A stretch of 64,000 bases of DNA, taken from the NCBI RefSeq assembly GCF_030028105.1, contig NC_092386.1, positions 42,462,347 to 42,526,346 of the forward strand. Direction: 5' to 3'. This document shows, one piece after another, positions 1-12,700 of this stretch. The notes beneath the pieces were generated by a model, which was not told the origin of the DNA, did no database searches, and saw nothing but the letters and a program-made list of their open reading frames with translations. Every line of letters starts with the position of its first letter. The first letter of the stretch is position 1. The translations under genes and the position numbers were made by a program. Source of the DNA: Mobula birostris. Its lineage: Eukaryota.

Positions 1-283
1 TACTTACCCTGATGTCTGGAAACAGCCAGACATAAGCTTACCCCTCAGAGCTTCCCACCCTTGAAACAGGCATTCCTTATAATGCTTATCTAGCAAGTGC
101 TAGGTTTCTTACAGCAGTTAATCAAACAATGGTACAAGCTGTTCTTAAGCAAGGACTGAAGTTACATGGGTCGCATACCAAGAATAATATTACCCGCTCA
201 GCTTATCTTGTGAGAAACACTTGTGCTTTTATGCTTTTTGTCAAAGTCTTAGCCACTATGACCCTTACAAAATAGCCAGGGTC

Positions 284-406
284 ACAAGAGGCCTGCGAGA
301 TGCTAACTTCTTGACATTACATTACAAGAGGCCTGCGAGATGCTAACTTCTTAACATTACATTACAAGAGGCCTGCGAGATGCTAACTTCTTAACATTAC
401 ATTACA
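284..406. repeat. Tandem repeat, 3 x 40 bp (acaagaggcctgcgagatgctaacttctt[g/a]acattacatt)
   Basis: Units start at 284, 324 and 364, with one mismatch among copies. Confidence 0.95.
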
Positions 407-519
407 CCCTGAACTGAAGCAATTGAACTATTAATTGAAATCCATTTCTCTCACATCAATCTTTCTCCTAACAAGGCATATTTCCATCTGGCTGAGGTAA
501 AATCCCAAGAGCATTAACT

Positions 520-776
520 CCCTGGGCCTCCTGTCCCATGATCCTCTCATATCCCCTTTGTCAATCACCTGTCCAGCTCTTGGCTCCATTCCTCCCCCTC
601 CTGTCTTCTCCTATCATTTTGGATCTCCCCCTCCCCCTCCCACTTTCAAATCTCTTACTAACTCTTCCTTCAGTTAGTCCTGATGAAGGGTCTCGGCCTG
701 AAACGTCGACTGTACCTCTTCCTAGAGATGCTGCCTGGCCTGCTGCGTTCACCAGCAACTTTGATGTGTGTTGCAA
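520..776 (+). mobile_element. Penelope-like element terminal (pseudo-LTR) fragment containing a minimal hammerhead motif
   Basis: Closely matches the reverse complement of 32699-32940, which adjoins Penelope GIY-YIG remnants. Confidence 0.75.
676..711 (+). ncRNA. Minimal type I hammerhead ribozyme motif (Penelope-associated, predicted dimer-dependent)
   Basis: AGTC-CTGATGA-A-GGGT(CTCG)GCCT-GAAA-CGTC-GACT: intact core, stem I AGUC/GACU, short stem II, palindromic ACGU in place of stem III. Confidence 0.65.
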
Positions 777-1249
777 GGGTATTAACTTTATGGTTCTACT
801 ATTAATCTGATATTCTTTCAGCAGATCCCTTTTCTTTCTCCTATCCAGATCATTGGCTTCAGTGAGGATGACACTGGAGTGAGATCTCCAGTGAGATTTT
901 CCTCTGCCATACCGTTTCTGACCAGACCTAAAGAGACTTCTTTAACTCTGGGAGGCAACATAGCCTTTAGGTCACATGCCCGCAGATCCACAGAACAGTA
1001 CCCAGTTTCTTAGCTAGTCACTTGAACATTCCCTTCCATTCCCAATATTTGAAGGACACTTGTACACAATTGTGTGTTCAGTTTATTCATGCGCTCTTGG
1101 ACAGGTCCCAGCTCTAAGGCACCTACAACCTTATCTTCTATAAAGGAACAGTCGACATTTCAGGAACCCCTGCATCAGAACTCAAATCCATGTTGTGCGA
1201 TTCTAAATCCAGAACAAACTATGAAACTCCCGATACTCTAGCCTCGATC

Positions 1250-2150
1250 TCTGCAGCAGAGCGGCGATAATCTCCCAACTGTTGCCGACACCAGGAACGT
1301 TTCTGGAATTACTGGACCGAGCCTCGGGGCTGCGGTCACTCACTGTCAAGTAGCCACTGGCGGCTCTTTACCGAAATGCTTCGGCCGGAGCCTCTCGTTT
1401 CGCTTTATCGTTGAGTTGCAGCTGACACATTTCGCTTATTTATTCGCCAAGGATTTGCTCCTTGCCCTGGGCTTACCTGCCACCCGACTTCTCCCTGACT
1501 CCATTTACTCTGCCTCTGCCGCCAGCTTTCTGTTTACCGTTGTCGCCTAGCAACGTGGCTCGAGCTCCGCGCGGCCGCCCGCTCCGCGGTGAGAGCGGTG
1601 CGCGGACCGGAAGCGGCGATTCGTGCTCAGCGCGTGCTGCCGAGGGACACTCGCGCGCATGCGCGCGGGCCCGCCTTGTTGGCGCTGACTGCGAGCTGGG
1701 GCGGTCGGGGTGGTGAACCGTAACGTTGTAAGTTGGCCTGCGAGTTGTGGGTGCCTCGGTTACAGTTAGTAGGAGAGACTGCGATAGCACGCTTTCTTAT
1801 CTTTGAGCAAAGCCAGCTGCAACGAACGTGTAGATTATTTGTTGTTTTCGGGAAGAGAAGCTGCATCTCCAGGAAATCCCTCATCGCCGCAGTTCCCAGT
1901 GTGGTTCCGGAGTGCACAGCCCGGGCTTTCAGCGGACGTTTGCATCAATCATAAGTGCATCTCAGGGATGTATGTGGTGAAATATACGTGCTTTGATCAT
2001 AAATTAACTTTGAACTTTGAAATCGCTCTTTGGCACCTGGGCACAGTGGTTGCAGTTCCCAGTGTAGTTCAGTTCTGCATAACTCGGGTTTTCGGCGGAT
2101 TATAGCATCAGCCTTAAATTTGTATCTTCGACTTTCAAAATGTGCTTTGA
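1250..2150. promoter_or_regulatory. CpG island; probable bidirectional promoter of QNG1 and a divergent minus-strand gene
   Basis: High CpG density; NRF1-type palindrome cgcgcgcatgcgcgcg 1652-1667; ETS/GABP CCGGAAG 1607-1613; RFX X-box GTCGCCTAGCAAC 1542-1554; plus-strand donor GTAAGT at 1728; minus-strand donor CAG|GTAAGC at 1477/1476. Confidence 0.8.
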
Positions 2151-2711
2151 TGACATATTTACAAAAATAAAATAATGTTTAGCTATATACTATGTTTAGT
2201 AACCTGAAATAAAATCAAAATAAATGCTGAAACCGCTCAGCACGAGAGCCTAAGGAAAGAGAGTTTTGGATCAAGGCCTTCTAACAGTTATTATTTTGAT
2301 TCTTTTAGCAATACTGCTGCATTCTTCTGGATATTTTAATTGTGGTTGATGAATCTTAAGTGAAGCCTGAGAGGGAATTGTCTTAGGGCAATCCTGAGTT
2401 GATCTGTACTAGTTTGAAATGAGTATTGCCTAAAATAATCTTTAAATAACCACACGCTGAATTATTCTCGTTTGTTTGCAGAAATGCAAGTCTCAGATGA
2501 ACTATTCCCAAAACAGAATTTGCAGTTCTTATTTTCGATCATCCAATTAATATATAACCGTTTCTAGATGGCGACGTCTAGGCAGTTATATAATAAAATG
2601 TTTACTAAATATGCTGAAATATCTAAATGGCTGTCTCCCAAAGCTACTGTTCCGATTTTTGTATAAATTGGATGTTCACTAAAGTGAGTGGTACAGTATG
2701 CGAGAAATATA

Positions 2712-2905
2712 ACACCCAAAATGCTGGAGGAACTCCGCAGGCAGCATCTATGGAAAAGAGTAAACTGTCGAGGTTTCGGGCCTGATGAAGGGTCTTGGCC
2801 CGAAAGGTCACCTGTACTTCTTTCCATAGATGCTGACTAGCCTGCTGAATTCCATCAGCATTTTGAGTGTGTTGCTTGGGTTGACGGCATCTATAGATTT
2901 TCTCT
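2712..2905. mobile_element. Palindromic (fold-back) Penelope-derived mini-element with a hammerhead core
   Basis: Arms aaaatgctggaggaact..gcatctatggaaa and tttccatagatgc..gaattccatcagcatttt are inverted; CTGATGA at 2782. Confidence 0.7.
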
Positions 2906-3388
2906 TGTTTGTGAGAAATACAGTTCTGATTTTGCAATTGTTGCAGAGCTTTTTGCATATTTTGTGTTGATTGACGACGCAACACCAATTTATTATTTAT
3001 GTACGCCTCTCTCAGAATATAATGCTTTTGAGATTGAGACCTATGTGCTTTCCCTGGCTTAGGTTTATAGTGTATGTGCGATAGCCGAGCCTCAAAGGTG
3101 GGAGGTTGAACGAGTGCTTTCCTTCAGATTGCAACTATGGTTCAGTTTTTTCCCCTTGTTAGTTACGATGATAGGACAGTTGCAGTTGCATAGCGGACTG
3201 TTCCAGGAGGTGAGGTTAATGTTTAACAAGACTCAAGTCAAAGTGCTTACTATTAGTTAATGGTTATGTATGTAGGATATGAATATTAAATCTGTCTGGT
3301 TTTGTTGTAACATGTTTTAATGGTTGCCAAAGATTTGTTTGGTTATTTCAATTCATTTCCCACTTTCCCCTCAAGATTTAATAAAGAA

Positions 3389-3725
3389 ATGGAGTCGAAA
3401 CTGCTGCCTAAGGAAGCTGGAAAATTTATAGCTGGAAACACTAAAGATGTCTATATTGTAGAAGATGGAGTCAAAAAGGTTGCAGAAATGCTCTTGGAAA
3501 AGTGGAATGCAAAGGAACTTGATCCAACCGGATGGAAGGTGCTTCATGATCTGAATCCACAAACAATGAACGAGGAGTCCGTTAACTGGGTATTTGTTAC
3601 AGACACCCTCAATTTTTCATTTTGGTCTGAAAATGATGATAACAAGTGTTTGGTTAAGTACAAAGGCAAACTGCATAGTGGCTTTTGGTCACTTTGTGCT
3701 GCTATTAACAGAGCATTAGATGAAG
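3389..3725 (+). CDS. QNG1: QNG1 coding exon 1
   Basis: MESKLLPKE...RALDE; acceptor caag at 3375; donor G|gttagt. Confidence 0.93.
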
Positions 3726-6700
3726 GTTAGTTCCATGTCAGATTAATTCTTTTATCTTTTTTGTGGCAGATTAAGAGACTGTTTCAGAGTCCACCATTTC
3801 TTCTAAGAGATCCAGTCATAACATTTATGACACTACTGCTGATGTAGATCTTAAAGTGCAGATGGGGAAATTAAATATTAACACAATTGATTTTTAAATT
3901 TCCTGTCATTTATTGTCAAAATAATTAAAGAATGAGAGAATTTCCATTATACAATGCTTTCACAATCTTGGTGTCTAAAATCACATTATAGTAATTGAAA
4001 TATTTTGTATCTTTAACTTAGAAGCTACTGCAGCTATCTTTACAGGTATGTTTCAGTGATATTTAAGGAATAAATTCTACCGGAATAACATCCAGTAATA
4101 CTTGTAGAGCCAATATTTTTTCAGTCTAGTAACAAAGCATGCATGTGAAATTAATTTTCTTTTGTGTGGAAAATGTAAGTAAGGGGATAGAAAATGAGAG
4201 AATATCATTAAGCTGGATATAGATTTTATATTGTGAGCTGTATGTTCCATTCTAAATCAATGGGTGGACTAGAAACTCCGGCTAATTTACAGTCTCAATC
4301 ACTCTAATTTTGCCGGTGGTTGGTCTGACATTAAGAGTTGTTATAAGTAAAGTTCATCCTGGTAGATTCTCAACATTGATGACTGGATAACCATGAAAGG
4401 CTATACAGTGAATAAAAACCAAACTCTGCAGATGTTGGGATCTGAAATAAAAATAGAAAATGCTGGAAACATTTAACAGGCCTAGCAGCATCTGTGGGAA
4501 GAGAAACAAAATTAACTTTTCAGGTCAAAGCCCCTTCATCAAAACAGTCCTAAAATTTATTTTGACCTGGAATATCGACTCTTCTCTTTCCATAGACACT
4601 GCCTAACCTTCAAAGTGTTTCAGCATTTTCTCTGTTACATGCTTATAATTAGTGTGCACTTTGAATTATGCAGCAGATTTAACTGATAATTTTTGTTGGT
4701 GTCTTTTTATTCTATATCAAGCAATTCCGATCACCAGTGCATCATATTTTGCTAACATAACCCTTCAGCAACTGAAGTATGTGTTGCGTTCAGATACTGA
4801 TATACCAATGCCAATGATTGAAGAACGTCTCAGAGTGCTTAAGGAAGCTGGAAACATTTTGCTGGAGAAGTTTGATGGTTCCTTCCTTAACTGCATTAAG
4901 AAGAGTGAGAATAATGCCCAGAAGCTGCTACAGCTTGTGGTGGAGAACTTTCCTTCATACAGAGATGAGGCCATGTTTCAGGTGAGTCTTTTGTGGCTGA
5001 TCCATCTTTTGTCAATAACTTCACTTTAGCCAAGATATTGAAGAATGCTATCGCAAAGACATAAACGGAGTTAAAATTATAGCTGTTTAAGAACATGGAC
5101 CCTATATCATAATGGGGAGCAATAAAATCTTTGGGAATTTGTGCAGCAACCGTTTTGCATCATAACATTCCCAGTGTCAGAAATGTGTTGCTTGTTATGA
5201 CTATTTGGAATTTGGTTTGGCAACAACATCTCCACAATCTCCATCAGCATAGGTGCACCACAAGGCTGTGTGCTTAACCCCCTGTTCAACACTCTTTACG
5301 CTTATGACAACTCATGCCATATTTAAGTTTGTTGATGACACTACTGTCACAGGCCAAATCAAAGGTGGTAATGAATCAGCAGATTAGATTAGATTATGAG
5401 GACACTCAATCCTTGTTTATTGTCATTTAGAAATGCATGCATTAAAAAATGATACAGTGTTCCTCCAGAATGATATCACAAGAAACACAGGACAAACCAA
5501 GACTAAAACTGACAAAACCACATAATTATAACATACAGTTACAACAGTGCAAAGCAGTACTGTAATTTGATAAAGAGCAGACCATGGGCACGGTAAAAAA
5601 AATACAGGAGGGAGATTGAAAATCAGACTGAGTGGTGCCATAACAACAACCTCTTACTCAATGTCAGCAAGAACAGGGAACTCGTTATTGACTTCAGGAG
5701 GGGAAACTGGAGGTCCATGAGCCAGTCCTCATCAGGGGATCGGAGGTGGAGAGGGTCAGCAACTTCATTGGTGTTATCATTTCAGAGTTTCTGTCTTGGG
5801 CCCTGCGCATAAGTAAAATTACAAAGAAAGCATGGTGGTACATCTTAGTTCCTTAGGAGTTTGTGAAGCAGCGGCATATGACATCTAAAAACTTTGACAA
5901 ACTTCTAGAGATGGATGGTGGAGAGTATATTGACTGGCTGCATCACAGACTGGTATGGAAATGTAAATGCCCTTGAAAGGAAAATCCTACAAAAAGTCCC
6001 TCCCGCCATTGAGCACATCTACAAGGAGCATTCTCACAGGAAAGCAACATGCATCGTGCATCATCAAGGACCCCACCACCAAGGCCATGCTCTTGTTGCT
6101 ACAATCAGGAACAAGGTACAGGAGCCTTAGGATTCTCACCATCAGGTTCAGGAACATTTATTACCCTTCAAACATCAGGCTCTTGAACTAAAAGGGATAA
6201 CTTCACTCAACTTCACTTGCCCAATACTGAGCTGTTCCTACAACCTATGGACTAAGTTTCAAGGACTTCATCTTATGCTCTCGGTACTTATTGCTTATTT
6301 ATTATTGTTACTTCTTTTTCTAAGACCGATTAGGGTCAAAGAGCACTGGCATCGAGGCTCATGGTCATTGAGGCAGGTAGAATAAATAGATACATGGGTG
6401 TAAGGCATTTTTCTGAGAGAGCGATGGTGGGGAGAAAGAGTAAGGTGATGGTCCAAAGCCCAGAGGGGCATTGGCCAAAGCTAGAATGGAATTTCTGTGA
6501 TGATTGTGGGCCAATGGGTGGTGATGAAGTTCAGGTTAGGTACAGTGCTTGTAAAAAGTATTCACCCCCGCCTTGGAAGTTTTCAGGTTTTATAGTTTTA
6601 CATTTTTTGACACTGAACATCAGAAAAAGACTCTTTCATGTCAAAGTGAAAACAGTTCTCTACAAAGTGATCAAAATTAATTACAAATATAAAACATAAA

Positions 6701-9700
6701 ATTATTGATTGCAGAAGTATTCACCCCTTCAAGTCAGTATTTAGTAGATGCATCTTTGGCAGCAACTTGAGTCTGTGTAGATAGGTCTCTATCACGTTTG
6801 TACATCTGGACACCAGTTTTTCCCCCATTCTTCTTTACAAAACTGCTCAAGCTTTGTCAGATTGCTTGGGGATCATGAGTGAACAACCCTTTTCAAGTTC
6901 AGCCACAAATTCTCAATTGGATTGAGGTCTGGACTCTGACTTGGCCACTCTAGGACATTAACTTTGTTGTTTTTAAGCCATTCCTCTGTAGCTTTGGCTT
7001 TATGCTTGGGGTCATTGTCTTGTTAGAAAACAAATCTTCTCCCAAGATGCAGTTTCTTTGCAGACTGCAGCAGGTTTTCCTCCAGGATTTCCCTGTATTT
7101 TGCTGCATTCATTTTACCCTTTTGTTTCACAAGTCTTACAGGGCCTACTGCAATGAAGCATCCCCACAGCATGATGCAGCTACCACCATGCTTCACGATA
7201 GGGATGGTGCGTTTTTGATGATGTACATAGTGTTTAGTCTGATGGCAAAGGCCTTAATTTTGATTTCTTCAGACAATAGAACCTTCTAGCTGACTTCAGA
7301 GTCTCCTACATGCCTTCTGACAAACTCCAGCCGAGATTTCATGTGAGTGTTTTCAATAGTGGCTTCCTCTATACCATTCTCCCATAAAGCTGCAGCTAGT
7401 GAAGCACCCAGGCAACAGTTGTATGCGCGGTTTCTCCTATCTCAACCACTGAAGCTTGTAACTCCTCCAGGGTTGTCATAGGTCTCTTGGTAGCCTCCCT
7501 CACTCATCCCTTTCTTGCATGGTCACTCTGTTTTTGAGGACTGCCTGTTCTAGGCAGGTTTACAGCTGTGCCATATTCTTTACATTTCTTGATGATGGAC
7601 TTAACTGTACTCTATGGGATATTCAGTGACTTGGACATTTTCTTGTATCCACCTTCTGACTTGGAGTTGCTTGGAGTGCTCTTTTGTCTTCATGATGTAA
7701 TTTTTGCCAGGGTACTGACTAACCAGCAGTTGGACCATCCAGATATAGGTGTATTTTTACCACAGCCAGTTGAAACACCTTGACTGCACAGAGGTGTCCA
7801 AAAACAGATCTCCATTTAACTAATTAATGGCAAGATTCTTAACAGTATGAATTAACAGGGGTCTAAGTACATAGATCCCTCAAAGTTACTGTGCTAGTTG
7901 ATGCAGTGGTTAAGAAAGCATATGGTGTTTTGGCCTTCATTAATCAGGGGATTGAGTTTAAGAGCCATGAGGTAATGTTGCAGCTCTATAAAACTGGTTA
8001 GACCACACTTGGAGTATTGTGTTCAGTTCTGGTCGCTTGTATTAGGAAGAGTGTGGAAGCTTTAGAGAGGGTGGAGAGGAGATTTATGAGGAAGCTGCCT
8101 GGATTAGAGAACCAATCTTATGCGGAAAGTTGAGCAAACTCTTTGAAGTGAAGGAGGATAAGAGGTGACTTGACAGCGGTTTATAGGTTATCAGAGGCGT
8201 AGATAGAGTGTCAATGGCCTATACCAGAGGACATTCTTTTAAGTTGAGATGTCAGAGGTAGTTTTTTTATACAGAGAGTTCTAAGTACCTGAAATGCACT
8301 GCCGGGGCAGTGGTTAAGGCTGATACGTTAGGAACATACTGCGTAATAGACTTTTAGATAAGCACATAGATAAAAGAAAAAAAAAATGGAAGGTTATGGA
8401 ATACTTTAGAGGGAGGGGTTAGATTGATCATGGAGTAGTTTTATGTATAGTAGGTCAACACAAGATTGTGGGCTGAAGGAGTCAAAGTGTGCTGTACAAT
8501 TTGTAGCTAATGGAATGTTGCACACACAACTTTGAAGTGTAAGAGTGAAATGTGACCAGAAGCACTTGATGGAATTTCTGACCAAGCATTAAACTGATTT
8601 TAAAAAATTGTAGCTTCTATTTTGTGATGCATTGATCCATAATGACTCCTTTGTGCCGAAAAATTGCCATCACATGATCTGGTATTGAGTTTTGTGTAGT
8701 AGTAAAATGAAATGGAAACATACTGCAGATTTGTTAGAAATTTTGAAGGACAAGTTTTCAATTTTTACTTATAATGATGTCAGCATATCACATCAGTAGG
8801 ATTTTTTTCCTGAAATTTTTATTTTTTGTTACCAGGACCAAGTACAAGCAATTTATAATTTTTTTTTTTCAGAGCTCCATTGGGATAAAGCCATTAGTTC
8901 AGTTTTGTTTGTGCTGAAATGTAATGAAATCTTGAAATAGCATTCAACATTGCAGACCATTTCAGATACTGGTCGTGTTTCATTTTAAGATTTTTTTTCT
9001 TGCATGAAGTAATCAGGATTAACTGTATAATAATCTGGATTTCACAATCTAAACTTTTGCTCTTAAGCTTGATGTAATTCCATCATGTTGACACTTCATT
9101 GTAGGGTATGTCTGCTGCTACTTCTAACATATTCTGTGGTCCTCGTTGGATTGGGTTAGTTGGCTAGTTTATAACAAACATAGATTGCGTGACATAGTGA
9201 GCACTGAGAACGTGCAAGATCAGGCTTTCACTTATTGTCCAATATATGGTGGACTACCTCCCATCCCTCAAGTAACGAGGAGGCTAAAGTATTTTATTTA
9301 GAGATATAGCGCGGAACAAGCTCTTCTGATCCATTGAGTCGCGCTGCCTAGCAGCTCATGGACTTTGCCTGAGCCTAGTCACAGGGCAACATCTTTGGAC
9401 TGTAGGAGGAAGCTGGAGTACCCAGAGGAAACCCACATGCACACAAAAAGATCATACAAATTTTCTTACAGAGTATGCCGGAATTGTGTTCGAGCTCCGA
9501 CACCTCAAGCTATAATAGCATTGCACTACCCTCTCTGCTGCCATGGAATAGAATGCAGAAGCAACTGAAAGGCTTGTTCAGATGCAGATGTACTGTAGGT
9601 TCCAGCACCAGGAGGAAATGTGTTTTGTTTATATAGAATGATACAGCACAGAAAGCTTTTGCTGGCTCTTTGATTGAGAATCAATCAGTCTTTTCTTTGT

Positions 9701-12700
9701 ATATTGTATTTCACATCCTATTTCTTAGATACCTACATTCCTTTTTCGCAGAACTTAATAAGTCAGATGGTAGACTGCTTTTTCTTCTAAAACTGACCTT
9801 TAATCTGCTTTTTCCTCAGTAATATGCTGCAGCCTGTGGCTCTTGTTTGTGAACTGTATTTTGATCACACCAACTTCATTTACAGCAGAGTATGGCACAG
9901 AGTTAAGGTTTTATAATGTACCTAGAAATAATTTTGTTTTACTGTCACAGGGAAGGTAGAATTTTCTAAATTTTACTAGAAATGGGGATTATTCATTAAG
10001 ATTGATCTTACTAAGTGTAACAAATATCTTGGTATCATAACAAATATTTTGTATCTTAACTATTTTCCTTCATCACTTAGGGGAAAAAAGTTGCCTTTTA
10101 TAAAAGAGCACAGATCCTCGTAGCAGACATCTGGGGTCTTCTAGAAGGAAAGGGGTATGGTTTATTTCATGACATTGCCAGTTTGTCAATGTTTGCAGAC
10201 TACCGAATCCCTCAGGCACTTGTCTATTTTGGAGCAATGAAGTATTCACAAGAACTCATGGAAAAACTCAAACAAGGTTTGTAATCAATTTAGTACCAAT
10301 GGTGAATAATTGCGAGAAGGGAGTAACACTGTGCATTTGATCACAGAAGTCATGGATGAACAAGAAATTTATTCACTTTTTGAGATGTTATGTATGACAC
10401 CTGCAAAGTCTGTGGACAAAATTAATCAGCTAATGCCCAGTGATCAGTGTTGATTTATTTACGATATCTGGCTGGAACATGTTAAGATATATCAAGGTGT
10501 ACTGAGGAGTCCATATAAATGCAATGTTCACTGCTTGACAAATTAGTATTTTATGTAAACAAAGGCGCCTAGCAAACATTAAGAAGCAGAATTTGCTAGA
10601 GAAATAATTTATTGTAATCACTTCGAAAAGTAAATTTCATTTTTGACTTAATCTTGAAAGTACCTTAGCTAAAATTTAAGACCCTGCAATAAAATATACT
10701 GTACTGAATAGAATAGAGTAGTTTATTTTTTTTAAATCCAGACAATGTAAGTTCAGTTGATTTGGGGTCTGTGGTATCAATGTCAGCCTATCAGGATCTG
10801 ATATGAGCCCGTTTAGATTATTGCCTAGATATTCTCTGAAATTACTTAGCTGTATAGAATAACCTGTGTGTAAGGATGGATGACTTCAAATATCTTTACT
10901 TGATCTCCCACTGCAATGAGATGGGGAAAAGATAGAGTTGGTGCTCTTGATACATTCCTCTCGTTTCATTGTAATAAGACAGAAATAGGCCATTTGGCCC
11001 ATAGAGTCCACTCTGCCATTTCATCCTGGTTGATTTATTATCCCTCTCAATCCCATTCTCCTACCTTCTCCCCGTAAACTTTGACACCTTGACTAAACAG
11101 TATATCTCACTATACATACTACTTATTACAAATTACTATAAATTGCACATTATACATTCAGACGGAGATGTAACATAAAGATTTTTATTCCTCACATAAG
11201 TGAAGGATGTTAGAAATAAAGTCCAATTCAACCTATCTACCTCCATTTAAAATACACTCAATGACTTGGGCTCCCTTCTGAGAATGCTGTGGACCCAATC
11301 TTAGACATCCCTGACGCTGGCACCTGGGAGGCAAAATACCATCTGGGTGTTTTTTTTCACATCTACAGAATCTCCTGTCTGCTGCTCTCTAACTATGGAA
11401 TCGCCTATCACTACTGCACTCCTCTCCCCCCTGCTTCCCTTCTGAGCCACAGAGCCCGAGTAAGTGCCGGAGAACCAGTCACTGTAGTTTCCCCCGGTAT
11501 GTTGTGCCCTTCAACAGAATTCAAAGCTGTATACTGTACTTATTATTGAGGGGACTGATCACAGGGGTACCCTGCACTGGCTGCCTATTCCCTTTCCTGA
11601 CAGTCACTCAGGTACTTGCCTTCTGCTACCTTGGAGTGACTACCTTCCTGTAGCTCCCATCTATCACCTCCTCGTTCTCCCATATGAGCTGAAGGTCATT
11701 GAGCTGCAGCTCCAGTTCCTTAACACGGTCTTGTAAGAAGCTGCAGCTTCATGTACTTCATGCAGATGTAGTTATCAGGGAGACTGGAATTCTCCCAGAG
11801 TTCTCACATCTTTCACAAGGAACAGACCACTAACTCTGGACTCATTCTCTGCGCACTGTATGTACTAATAGACTAAGAAAGAGAAAATAAAACTTACTAA
11901 AATCTTTCTTGGAACCCCTGCCTGTTCTCGCACAAGCCTCCCACTCCAGCAATGGCGCTGTGCTTGTACCTCACTTTCTGTTACTGTCTCAAATAAACCT
12001 CACTCCCGACAAGACTTGTTCTGTACAAATGGTAAAAGTAATAAAGCCACTATCACATACTGTATGATGTGTTTTTTTTTGACAAAGAAGATTGAAGACT
12101 TGACATAATAATACGAGCAAAAGGTTTTAAATAGAATGGAAGAATGCATCTCCCAGTATGTAACATGAATGGAGTGACCAAAAATAATTGGTCTGGTAGT
12201 GATATGAATCTCATCCTGCTGTTCTAGTTAATTGAGTGCTTACCCTTTGTTGGTGGACATTATAACTACTTCCTACTTACCTTTTTTTTTAAATCTGTCT
12301 CATTCACTATTCCCCTCTGCATGTACACTTTCATCTCTCCTGTTGGCAGTTCTGTTTATATAGTGATCAGTTGATACCACCTTCTACTACTAATTGTTCT
12401 TTCACTAAACTGTGGAATAAGAAAACATAACTACGTTATGGGGTAATGTCAGGAAAATAACAATGAACTCTAGTACCTGTGAGTTCAATATGGGAATAGA
12501 AATATAAATTGGGATGGTTTGGGTTAAAATTTATCGAACATTTCCAGAACATGTATTCAGAAATTTTCCAAGTTAATTGAATGTCCATCTTGATTATTGC
12601 TAACTTAGTTTTGTTACCTAACCCTTTTATTTTGCTTTCTTCTCATTTTTCTTTACATTCTTCATTGAGAAAAAAGGGATCTTCTAGAAAAAAGGGCAAT

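Noticed and set aside
284-406. CRISPR-like array
   Set aside because: The repeats are directly adjacent with no spacers, and the context is vertebrate
3320-3388. N-terminal extension of QNG1 in the ORF track
   Set aside because: It runs through a pyrimidine tract and acceptor (3375); similarity begins at ATG 3389
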